A stretch of 64,000 nucleotides of DNA from a virus (lineage: Duplodnaviria; Caudoviricetes), in IMG/VR virus record IMGVR_UViG_3300021964_000051, positions 1,786 to 65,785 of that record; one strand, written 5' to 3'. Both the position numbers and the translations under genes were made by a program. Of the stretch, positions 39,402 through 47,801 are shown one piece after another. Below the pieces are notes generated by a model. That model did not search any database, had not been told where the DNA came from, and saw only the letters and a list, made by a program, of their open reading frames with translations. Position 1 is the first letter of the stretch; the number at the start of each line of letters is the position of its first letter.

Positions 39402-39785
39402 TTATTGAAGGGCGGCTAAGAACTCATTTCCAACGCTATTTTCTTCTTCCTGTTGAATAGGTTGATAAAAAGTAGTATTGTATTGCTTTGCGCTTTCACG
39501 CATCTTTTGTCTTTGTTGTTCGTCCCTAGCCTTTCTTTCCCAGTATGCCGCAATTTTACGGTCTAAGAGCCAAAGTTCAATTTTGTCGTTAAGGGATAGG
39601 TCAAAAATAGCCTTCATAACCATAATCGCACCAATCGTCCCTAAGCCAAATAGAACTGAATGCGCTAATGGGCCATATGGGAAACTCATGCCGAAAGCGG
39701 CATATGCCCAAACATTTGTTCCGCTTAATGCACCAACAAATAAAATGGTCATAATTAGACGAGTATCTTGACTTAATGCAACCAT
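39402..39785 (-). CDS. two-transmembrane-helix protein with a charged cytoplasmic tail
   Basis: LIMTILFVGALSGTNVWAYAAF and SVLFGLGTIGAIMVMKAIF, followed by a coiled/charged tail. Confidence 0.8.
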   Translation of the reverse strand: MVALSQDTRLIMTILFVGALSGTNVWAYAAFGMSFPYGPLAHSVLFGLGTIGAIMVMKAIFDLSLNDKIELWLLDRKIAAYWERKARDEQQRQKMRESAKQYNTTFYQPIQQEEENSVGNEFLAALQ

Positions 39786-39809
39786 TTCACTTAGCCTCCT
39801 TATCTCACC

Positions 39810-40091
39810 TTAAGCAAAGTGAATGAACACATTTGCATTACCAGAGGTTTCCTCATAATAAAGTCCTTCAGAACAAAGAACGCTGTGCATATCAAATTCA
39901 ATATTTTGAACAGCCGCACCATCCAGACTTAAACGGGCTAATTCTTTACCCGTATTATCGGTTCCATCAAATATCTTAACTTGACAAGCAGACCCGCTAT
40001 CATTATTAACATGAATAGAAACTAATTTGCATTTACCAGTAAAAATTTGTCCACTAGCCGTCAAAAGGCCACTACTTCTACAACTCGTCAT
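39810..40091 (-). CDS. small beta-rich virion protein
   Basis: Short all-beta ORF downstream of the capsid genes. Confidence 0.6.
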   Translation of the reverse strand: MTSCRSSGLLTASGQIFTGKCKLVSIHVNNDSGSACQVKIFDGTDNTGKELARLSLDGAAVQNIEFDMHSVLCSEGLYYEETSGNANVFIHFA

Positions 40092-40151
40092 TTTAAACAA
40101 CTCCGTTCAACCTGTCTATGAGGTATCACCCTCTTAACCCTATCGCTAGGA

Positions 40152-40472
40152 TTATTCGGTCAAAGACGATTTTTTGCTCTTAGAAGAGGTTTTTTTCGTC
40201 TTTGGTTTAGCGGGGAGAAGATATTCACACAATTTATCATGTGTGTCAAAATCTCTTCCTAATGCTCTTCCTAAGCGAGTTAAGTGGGAAGGCTCTAATT
40301 GCTTTAATTCATTTCTTTCACTTTCTGCAAAAGAAATATCAAGACAATTATCACCTAAATATCGCAAAGCGTCTTGAGTAGGAATATCTAAAGTAATGTT
40401 CCTACTTAAGACCTCTCCATTAACCAATAGGGTTTTTGACCGAGAGCCTTGAGAAAGTTTAATTGTAGCCAA
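40152..40472 (-). CDS. hypothetical protein
   Basis: TTG start after GAGGTGG; basic C-terminus. Confidence 0.65.
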   Translation of the reverse strand: MATIKLSQGSRSKTLLVNGEVLSRNITLDIPTQDALRYLGDNCLDISFAESERNELKQLEPSHLTRLGRALGRDFDTHDKLCEYLLPAKPKTKKTSSKSKKSSLTE

Positions 40473-40482
40473 TTAAACCACC

Positions 40483-40818
40483 TCAAAGGAGGCCAAAGGC
40501 TCTAACTCTTACTGTTCCAGCATTTCCTGCTACTTCTGCGCCAGTAGCCAAAATATACGCTGTTACGGTAAAGGAGGAATTAGAGGTATAAGCCCCATTT
40601 GCTGCACAAAGAAGTTTAAATCCATTCAATGCACCTTCACTTCCAGTAATAACAACTGAAGAAATAGATGACAAACCCAAAGAAGAAGCAGTAATCACTT
40701 CTCCAGTAGGAGTAAGGGAAGTAATATCCAATGCTGCATCAACCATATATTCGTCGCCATTGGCTCTTGGCTTGGTAAAACCTTTATGGTCAGCCAGTAA
40801 AGTTACGGTATGCGTCAT
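40483..40818 (-). CDS. putative capsid decoration protein
   Basis: Small beta-rich ORF right after the capsid gene, with GE.I.AS.LGL and VRVRAFG. Confidence 0.55.
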   Translation of the reverse strand: MTHTVTLLADHKGFTKPRANGDEYMVDAALDITSLTPTGEVITASSLGLSSISSVVITGSEGALNGFKLLCAANGAYTSNSSFTVTAYILATGAEVAGNAGTVRVRAFGLL

Positions 40819-40827
40819 TTAATCACC

Positions 40828-42180
40828 TCAAAGGAGATTGGTAATCTTTCCTTGGCCCTTGAAGTAAGAACAACCAGTTTCAGCCATTGTGCGGTAAAGA
40901 GCCTTGTTTCCAAGAGAACCGACACCGAATGGGTTTCCGTTGCTGATACCATCTTCAAAGTATTGTGTAGGCTTCATCACAGATAGCCACAAATGGTCAG
41001 TATCAAGGAAAAGCATATCACTAATCAAAGAACTGTTTGTTCCAGTAGAAGGCATAGCCGCAACAGGAATCAAAGGAATGTCGTAGTAAGTAGAAACACG
41101 GAAACCGACTTCTGCACCCTTAACACCACGAACACCGTTCACAGTAGGAACGATTTCCTTTCTATCCATGAAACGCTCTTGAGCCTGAAGCAAGTCAGAA
41201 AGCGTTTGAAGAGTATCATATCCCGTAAGAATGACCTTTGGCGAACCACCAGCAACACGGAGTCTGCGAACCATGTCGTTAATCACAGTAAGCGTCAATT
41301 GTCGTGCTTCTGCGGAAAGGTAGCCATCACCGAAAGAAATCTCGGAGTCTAAATACTCATTACCAGCCGCACTTCGGAGTTTTCCGTAAAGAGTGTCAAT
41401 TTGTTGGTCAGTAGCCGTTCCAACAAGGTTTCCTCCAGCATTGTCAGCCAATTCATCAATTTCAGCAGAACTGCTCACAATCTTGTAAAGAGAAGTGTAT
41501 GCTCTATCAATGGCGTTTGCCGTAGCATATGCCGTAGTCGGAGAATAGTTCTCCAAAGGCATAACAAGCATTTGATTCTGCACTTCAGCGTGATGCTTAC
41601 CCATATCCTCTCTCAATTGCGCTCTAATATCACCGATACCATCGTCAATTTGAGCCATTTCCATAGCCAATTCGCTGAAAGCAAATTGATGAGCGATGAT
41701 TTTTGGACTGGTAAAGAGCGTATCATACTCAGGAGCAATTGAAATCAAACCATCCGTATTTGAATCAAGGCTGGCGTTTTCGGGAACACCACCAATTCGG
41801 TCAGCACGAAGGGCATCAGCACCATAAAGTGAATCAGCGAGAGCCGTGTTAGAAGCGGCAGAAATGTCCAAAAAGTTTCCAGCACCACCAGCAGGTCGCT
41901 TTCTGAGGATTCTCCAACCACTTGACGAATAAGGACGCTTTGCGATAACAGACAATGCGTTGCATTCTCGGTTTAGCATAGACCAGACCTTTTGGCCGTA
42001 AATCTTGTTGTAAAGGTTTGCATTAATACCCGTTGGGTCGCTTAACGAACCATCGTGAGCGACATGAATACCGCTAACGGTTCCTGCCGCTTTAAGCAAT
42101 TGGTTGCTAATATGACCAGTTGCGCCCGTTCCGTAAGTTTGTGCTTCTAAATCTGCAATAGTGTTAATATATCCTACCAT
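40828..42180 (-). CDS. major capsid protein (HK97 fold)
   Basis: 450 aa directly downstream of the protease/scaffold gene; composition and GC-richer codon usage fit a highly expressed gene. Confidence 0.85.
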   Translation of the reverse strand: MVGYINTIADLEAQTYGTGATGHISNQLLKAAGTVSGIHVAHDGSLSDPTGINANLYNKIYGQKVWSMLNRECNALSVIAKRPYSSSGWRILRKRPAGGAGNFLDISAASNTALADSLYGADALRADRIGGVPENASLDSNTDGLISIAPEYDTLFTSPKIIAHQFAFSELAMEMAQIDDGIGDIRAQLREDMGKHHAEVQNQMLVMPLENYSPTTAYATANAIDRAYTSLYKIVSSSAEIDELADNAGGNLVGTATDQQIDTLYGKLRSAAGNEYLDSEISFGDGYLSAEARQLTLTVINDMVRRLRVAGGSPKVILTGYDTLQTLSDLLQAQERFMDRKEIVPTVNGVRGVKGAEVGFRVSTYYDIPLIPVAAMPSTGTNSSLISDMLFLDTDHLWLSVMKPTQYFEDGISNGNPFGVGSLGNKALYRTMAETGCSYFKGQGKITNLL

Positions 42181-42191
42181 CTTAAATCACC

Positions 42192-43361
42192 TCAAAGGTT
42201 TCCTCCAACCATTTTATGAATGTCAGCCCAATCCATTTCGGCTAATTCTTCCATAGTAGGGAGTTTGATTTGGGCTTCTTCTTGAGCCTTAATGATGCTA
42301 TCTCTTTCAGTCGTCAAAGACTTTCGGAGAGCAGTAAATTCCTGCTTAAGAGAAGCAATTTCGCTTTGTGCATCATATTGCGACTTAGCGAGAATGTGTT
42401 CTCTTGAAGAGGTTTCAGCATTGAAACGAGCCTCAAATTGCTTTTGGAGGTTATCGTAAGCCAATTTCTCCAATTGTTCTTGACGGAAAGCCTCGTAAGC
42501 CTTCTCAATGTTTCCAACGGACAAATCAAGAGTTTCTAATTCTTGGTTGTCAAATGCCTTAACAACGGGCAAATCCGATGCTCTTGGCTTTCCGTTGTCA
42601 ATAACGACTCTATCGGCAGGTTCACCGATTTCAACGCCAGCACCGTCAAGGGTAGAAACATAAGCCTTTGCTTCGGAATCACCGTAGCCCATGCTTTCTT
42701 CATCTTCTTCCATCGGCATACCCTTTTCATCTGCGGGCATATCCATACTTTCCTCTTCTTCTTCTTTACGGAGCATATTCACTTCTTCCATCAAAGCGTC
42801 TAGTTCCGCTAATGCTTTTTCAATTTTGGTCATATTTTTCACCTTTTTATCTTGCTTTAAAATGTCAAATTTTGCTTCTGGATTAATTCCTTTTTCACAA
42901 ATAGTGACTTCGTGTAATTCTAACTTTGAAATTTCATTGTATTGTCCAAATTCATCATTGGTTTTCTTTACTTTTTCTAAAGCCTGTCCTCCAATACTGA
43001 AACTTCTTAATGAACCTTTTCTAATGCCTCGGTTAATTTCTTTGGCTTTTTCAATATCATCTCTTAACTTAATAACAACAAAGAATCCAACATCATCAAC
43101 TTCAGTTTTCCATATTCGTCCTGTTTTATCTCGGTATGATTCAACAACTTCCCCAACTTGAACATTTGAATGATTAGTCATTACATTTCTAAACTTGGGG
43201 TTCTCCATATATTTTTTAACAGCATCATTGAGTGCTTTAAGTGTAATTAAGTCATTTTGCTTATCAACGATTTCAATGCTTGCATATCCACCAATCATTA
43301 ATTCGTCGCTTTTTAGAATCCTGAAATCTTGAGTTGTGTTTCTCATCACAGCAGAAGTCAT
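42192..43361 (-). CDS. prohead protease fused to a scaffolding domain
   Basis: IGGYAS..VDKQND, H in MTNHS, SFSIGG and EVTIC..GINPEA; acidic coiled-coil C-terminal half. Confidence 0.9.
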   Translation of the reverse strand: MTSAVMRNTTQDFRILKSDELMIGGYASIEIVDKQNDLITLKALNDAVKKYMENPKFRNVMTNHSNVQVGEVVESYRDKTGRIWKTEVDDVGFFVVIKLRDDIEKAKEINRGIRKGSLRSFSIGGQALEKVKKTNDEFGQYNEISKLELHEVTICEKGINPEAKFDILKQDKKVKNMTKIEKALAELDALMEEVNMLRKEEEEESMDMPADEKGMPMEEDEESMGYGDSEAKAYVSTLDGAGVEIGEPADRVVIDNGKPRASDLPVVKAFDNQELETLDLSVGNIEKAYEAFRQEQLEKLAYDNLQKQFEARFNAETSSREHILAKSQYDAQSEIASLKQEFTALRKSLTTERDSIIKAQEEAQIKLPTMEELAEMDWADIHKMVGGNL

Positions 43362-43390
43362 TCTTCCTCACCCCTACTAACCAATATCCA

Positions 43391-43400
43391 GTATATAAAG
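43391..43400 (-). promoter_or_regulatory. archaeal TATA box upstream of the protease-capsid operon
   Basis: CTTTATATAC on the - strand about 30 nt upstream of the protease ATG, in one of the few intergenic gaps. Confidence 0.6.
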
Positions 43401-43405
43401 AACAC

Positions 43406-46387
43406 CTAATCCTCAACAGGAAGGGGCAATTTGTTATACCTATCCTCATAAATATTCCACTTTCCTTCATCCCCGTCTTTATCAGCAGGTTTTTGTTTGA
43501 ATCCTGTCCATGCTAACCACATAGACTGTCCATCAACTTCAATGACTCTATAATGCATTTTAGTTTCAAATTTATTGCCTTCTAAGAAATATTCATGGTA
43601 GCCGTCCCTTTGAATACCTAGACGAATTTTACCAGAATCTATAAGTTTTCCCTTAGAAACAGTCTTTGCTACTTCTGCTGGATATTTACCAGCCGCACCG
43701 AATAAGTCAAACATCTCTTCTTCATTTTCAATGTTAATTGTCCAGAACATATTTTCTGTTTTAAGTTTAATTGCTAGAGTTAAATTATCATCTTCTCTAG
43801 CATAAATTTTAAATTCTCCTTCTCTTAATTCAGGAGGTGTTTTATATTCTCCTTCTACTGCTTTAATATCCTCTTTTAGCATAGCATATTTATCACTAAA
43901 ACCAGAGTCTCCGTGAACGCATTTTTGATATTCTTCTAAGGCTCGTTTTAGTTCACCTATATCTACCCCATCTACGGTAGTATCAAAAAATTCTTCAACT
44001 ACTTCCACTAATATTTCACATTTTAAAGTATCTACTGCATTATTCATGGCTTGCACTTCTGCCTCATAATTGTTTTCCCAATTATCCTCTTCAAATTCTT
44101 CTGGTCTTGACAAAACATCTTCATATAGTTTTTCATAACTGCCATAATATCTAATATGAGCGTCTAGGGTTTGTTTTCTGTTTTGTTTAATGGCTTCCTT
44201 TAAATTGCGACAACATTCATCATCTTCGTTTGTATCAATTTGAACTGCATCATCTTCTTCTGCTTCTTCAATGATTTCTTTAGTGCGAACCAATTCAGCC
44301 ATTTTAGTTAAACTTTTTTTAATTTCCTCTTCCTGCATAATTTTATCATCATCAGCAGCAATTTTATTATCTTTTTCACTAATACCGTCTCTAAGGACAG
44401 CCCATTGTTTTAATTTCTTTTCACTAGAATCAAGAACTTCTTCATATAAGTCCTTATGTTTTTCTTTCAAAAAATTATGTAATTGTCTCGGAGTCTGTTC
44501 TCCATTTAATTTTAGGTGCTGAAACATAGCAACAGTTAATTCACTTTGTTTAGTTTTCATAATGTCCAATGCCTGTTGCTTCCACATATCTAAATCCATA
44601 GTAGCGTTCTTAGACATTAAATTATTTTCTTCATATCCATAAATAGTAAATCCATCTAAATCATATTTTATGATTACATTTGCTTCTCCGTGAATATGGT
44701 CTGTAATTTTAATACCTTTCTTAAATGCTTCAACATTATAGTTTAAAGATTTTTTGGTGTCTTGAGACAATAATTCCAAAGTGACTAATTTATCGGGATG
44801 TTCAACTTCAGGAACTTCAATTACTTTAGCAGAAAATAAACTATACCCTTCTCCTTTCTTTTTAACTTCATCCACTTTAACTCGGATAATATCTCCAATA
44901 TCAACAGAAATTTTAGTATTTAAAGCCCTACCTACATTTAAGTATTGTCTTTTATTAACATCAACTGTTCCTTCCATTTCTTCTGTGATTGGCCCAACAC
45001 CAACACTATAAGAATAAAGATTACTCTTGGTCTTTTTCTTGTCAAGAACAATAACATCTAAATCAACAAACTTTTTCCATTTAATCCACTTAGGATTTTT
45101 CTTTGTTCCGATATAATAAGTTGAAGTAGAGTCTTTAATAACTACTCCCTCAGAAGCAGGGTTTTCCATAATTTCTTTTGAATACTTTTCAATATCCTTT
45201 AAGTTATCTGCTTGTCTTGTATCTTTCTTTGATGGGAAAGCAATCACTTCATTTGTTTTTGAAGAATAATTGTTGAATAATATAGTCATTCTATTTTCTA
45301 ATTCCTCATCAGCGAGAGTTTGAGATTCATGTCGTATAATATCAAAGACATGACAACGCAGTTTTGCATCTTTGTATTTTCCTTTGAAAACATGAGCGAT
45401 AGTATCTGCTCTATGCAAGGGTTCACCTTCATCATCAAATAGAACTAATTCACCATCTAAAATACAATCACCATATTCTTTCTTTTTAAGTTCCTCAACT
45501 TGTTCTTTACATTTCTTAGTAATGTCTTTTTCATTATAAGAATATATTGTAACTTTGTCATCAATTTTATGTAATTGAACTCTCATACCATCATATTTTT
45601 CTTGAACATACCAATTTCCACTAAAGCCTTTTAATTCATTAATGTCATCTATTTCAAATATTCTATACATGGGTTTATTGGGAACAATAAATTGTGAAAT
45701 TGATTTTTTCTCATCACTTGGAACAGACTTAGAAAGACCTTCAATATCAATTAATTCTTCCCATTCTTTTTGTTCTTTCTTAGAAAAGAAAATTAGTTCT
45801 AACATATCCATAGCAGCCTTTACTTTAGATTCAACTTTCTTTGAGTCTTTTCCATCCCCGTAATGCTCAATAATATAGAGGGCTACATCGTCTGATTCTA
45901 GGTCAAGTCCGATAAGACCCTCCGTAATTGTGTCGGGGGTCATGCCTTTAACCTCATAAATGTCATCAGATAGTGCTTTATTGTTGTCTCTTATTGCATA
46001 ATGCACAAACTTAACCATAGATTCGGGATTATCTAACAATTCTTCAAGAACACCATCCTTGAACATGGAGGCGAAGGGGTCGTCCACAATGGACGAAGAA
46101 TAACGAAGAAGTTTAATATTTTCAAACAGTTCTTTAGCCTGTCTTGAAGTAGGGTCTTTAGTGTCCTTATCTTCTAAATTTTTTTCATCAATAAAGTTCC
46201 GCATTTCTTTTCCTGCGGCATCTGTTTCATTATATGATTCAATGATAGTATCAACTGCTTTACGCCAACGACCACTATACTCATTAGGGTCTTGCTTTGC
46301 AGATAAATAGGCTACTCTTGTCTTTTCAAATAGACGAAGAATTTCTTGAGAAGGTTGTTTATCCTTCTCAATAGAAGCCAACTTCAT
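43406..46387 (-). CDS. large multidomain protein with an ATP-dependent DNA ligase domain
   Basis: EKYDGMR, LDGELV, VFDII, EGVVIK, WIKWKK and an OB-like region, with long extra N- and C-terminal regions. Confidence 0.85.
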   Translation of the reverse strand: MKLASIEKDKQPSQEILRLFEKTRVAYLSAKQDPNEYSGRWRKAVDTIIESYNETDAAGKEMRNFIDEKNLEDKDTKDPTSRQAKELFENIKLLRYSSSIVDDPFASMFKDGVLEELLDNPESMVKFVHYAIRDNNKALSDDIYEVKGMTPDTITEGLIGLDLESDDVALYIIEHYGDGKDSKKVESKVKAAMDMLELIFFSKKEQKEWEELIDIEGLSKSVPSDEKKSISQFIVPNKPMYRIFEIDDINELKGFSGNWYVQEKYDGMRVQLHKIDDKVTIYSYNEKDITKKCKEQVEELKKKEYGDCILDGELVLFDDEGEPLHRADTIAHVFKGKYKDAKLRCHVFDIIRHESQTLADEELENRMTILFNNYSSKTNEVIAFPSKKDTRQADNLKDIEKYSKEIMENPASEGVVIKDSTSTYYIGTKKNPKWIKWKKFVDLDVIVLDKKKTKSNLYSYSVGVGPITEEMEGTVDVNKRQYLNVGRALNTKISVDIGDIIRVKVDEVKKKGEGYSLFSAKVIEVPEVEHPDKLVTLELLSQDTKKSLNYNVEAFKKGIKITDHIHGEANVIIKYDLDGFTIYGYEENNLMSKNATMDLDMWKQQALDIMKTKQSELTVAMFQHLKLNGEQTPRQLHNFLKEKHKDLYEEVLDSSEKKLKQWAVLRDGISEKDNKIAADDDKIMQEEEIKKSLTKMAELVRTKEIIEEAEEDDAVQIDTNEDDECCRNLKEAIKQNRKQTLDAHIRYYGSYEKLYEDVLSRPEEFEEDNWENNYEAEVQAMNNAVDTLKCEILVEVVEEFFDTTVDGVDIGELKRALEEYQKCVHGDSGFSDKYAMLKEDIKAVEGEYKTPPELREGEFKIYAREDDNLTLAIKLKTENMFWTINIENEEEMFDLFGAAGKYPAEVAKTVSKGKLIDSGKIRLGIQRDGYHEYFLEGNKFETKMHYRVIEVDGQSMWLAWTGFKQKPADKDGDEGKWNIYEDRYNKLPLPVED

Positions 46388-46392
46388 ACTAA

Positions 46393-46929
46393 TCATCTAT
46401 TTTTTTGGTATTCGGAGTCTAAAGTTTCTCCTGAATATTCCGAATCATAAGCAATCGTTTGTTCAGGAATTTGAGATAATTCGCTTTCAAGTTCCATTAA
46501 TTTCTTATTAACTTCAACAATTCTATTCATCATCTCATTCTGTTCATCGGGTTTAGCATCCTTGATTTGTTTAGATAACCCAGTAAGCATAGCAGATAAA
46601 CCATCAATTTGTCCAATCAATCTCATTCTTTGTTCATGGTCTAACATAGGATTAGTTTCATAATCTTCAGGTAAAATGTTCTTTAGAATCTTAACCATTT
46701 TAGTTACTTCACCAGCATAAGCATGAAGAGTAGTCGGGCCATCATTTGATTCTGCCTTGTAGTTGTAATTTTCAGCCTTTGGTCGCTTCAATTTAACTGC
46801 TTCTGAATCATCATCTTCTGGACTACGGTTGTTGTCCATTAAGGATTGATAAAGCATTTCTTTTGCTTCTCTTGCTTTTTGAATCATAATACTGATTTTT
46901 CTTTCTTCTCTAGTAACTCTTTGAGGCAT
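46393..46929 (-). CDS. hypothetical head-region protein
   Basis: ORF with a GAGTGA RBS; coiled-coil C-terminus. Confidence 0.65.
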   Translation of the reverse strand: MPQRVTREERKISIMIQKAREAKEMLYQSLMDNNRSPEDDDSEAVKLKRPKAENYNYKAESNDGPTTLHAYAGEVTKMVKILKNILPEDYETNPMLDHEQRMRLIGQIDGLSAMLTGLSKQIKDAKPDEQNEMMNRIVEVNKKLMELESELSQIPEQTIAYDSEYSGETLDSEYQKNR

Positions 46930-46934
46930 TTTAA

Positions 46935-47180
46935 TCACTCCATCTTTGAAACCATTTTATGAATATCAGACCAATCCATGCTAGAAACATCGGTAGTGGG
47001 TAATGAATCAAAACCACCAACAGTATTATCCATAGCAGGTGTTGGACTTTGTGAAACAACAAGACCCGCCTTCATCAAAAGACTGTCTTTTGCGTAGATT
47101 GTCTTTTCTAATGCTTCAACCTTTGCGGTCAAAGCCTTGATAATTTCTAAAACATCTTTGTTAATACTTTCTTCTGTCAT
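46935..47180 (-). CDS. small scaffold-like protein
   Basis: Coiled coil plus C-terminal MDWSDIHKMV, nearly identical to the scaffold C-terminus. Confidence 0.7.
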   Translation of the reverse strand: MTEESINKDVLEIIKALTAKVEALEKTIYAKDSLLMKAGLVVSQSPTPAMDNTVGGFDSLPTTDVSSMDWSDIHKMVSKME

Positions 47181-47184
47181 AATA

Positions 47185-47439
47185 TCACATTCCAAATTTA
47201 GCCTTGCACCTGTCTCTTTCTTCCATATATTCTTTTTCAGACATTCCGCCCATTCCAAATTTCTTATTCAAACGGTCTATACAGGCAAGATAACTTTGAG
47301 AATCTAAAGTGCTTCCCCTCATGGGCTTTCTTCTACTTCCGCCTCTAAATCCTGCTGAACTCAGTCCTCTTCCTTTTGATACTTCATTACAGTCATCACA
47401 ACCGCAACCATGTGCCTTTAATATATTTTTCCAACTCAT
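47185..47439 (-). CDS. WxxILK-leader Cys/Gly/Arg-rich small protein
   Basis: MSWKNILKAHGCGCDDC... Confidence 0.7.
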   Translation of the reverse strand: MSWKNILKAHGCGCDDCNEVSKGRGLSSAGFRGGSRRKPMRGSTLDSQSYLACIDRLNKKFGMGGMSEKEYMEERDRCKAKFGM

Positions 47440-47801
47440 TTCTTTTCCTCTCCTTTTCCACTAGGATAAACTAAATCTCTTAATTGCCGATAGAGTAACT
47501 CATACTCCTTACGCAACTTCGTAGCAGTAGCCACAATATCAATGTTGCGCTCATCCATAGACTTCATTTTTTTGTTTAATTTCTTATCTGACTTAGTTAA
47601 ATCTAATTCTCTAAGAACCTCAATAAGTTCACCTAATTTAGTAAAGTCTTGACCGAAAAACTCAGTTGGTTCTGCGGCTTGAAGAGTTTTCTTTAACTTT
47701 TTTCTTCCTTTAGCATCTAAAGAATCAAGAAGTTTTTTAGGTTCTTGTTTTTTCTCTTTGAGAATAAAATTATCACCATCACCATAATAGTCCCAAGTCA
47801 T
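47436..47801 (-). CDS. hypothetical head-region protein
   Basis: 121 aa, translationally coupled. Confidence 0.7.
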   Translation of the reverse strand: MTWDYYGDGDNFILKEKKQEPKKLLDSLDAKGRKKLKKTLQAAEPTEFFGQDFTKLGELIEVLRELDLTKSDKKLNKKMKSMDERNIDIVATATKLRKEYELLYRQLRDLVYPSGKGEEKK

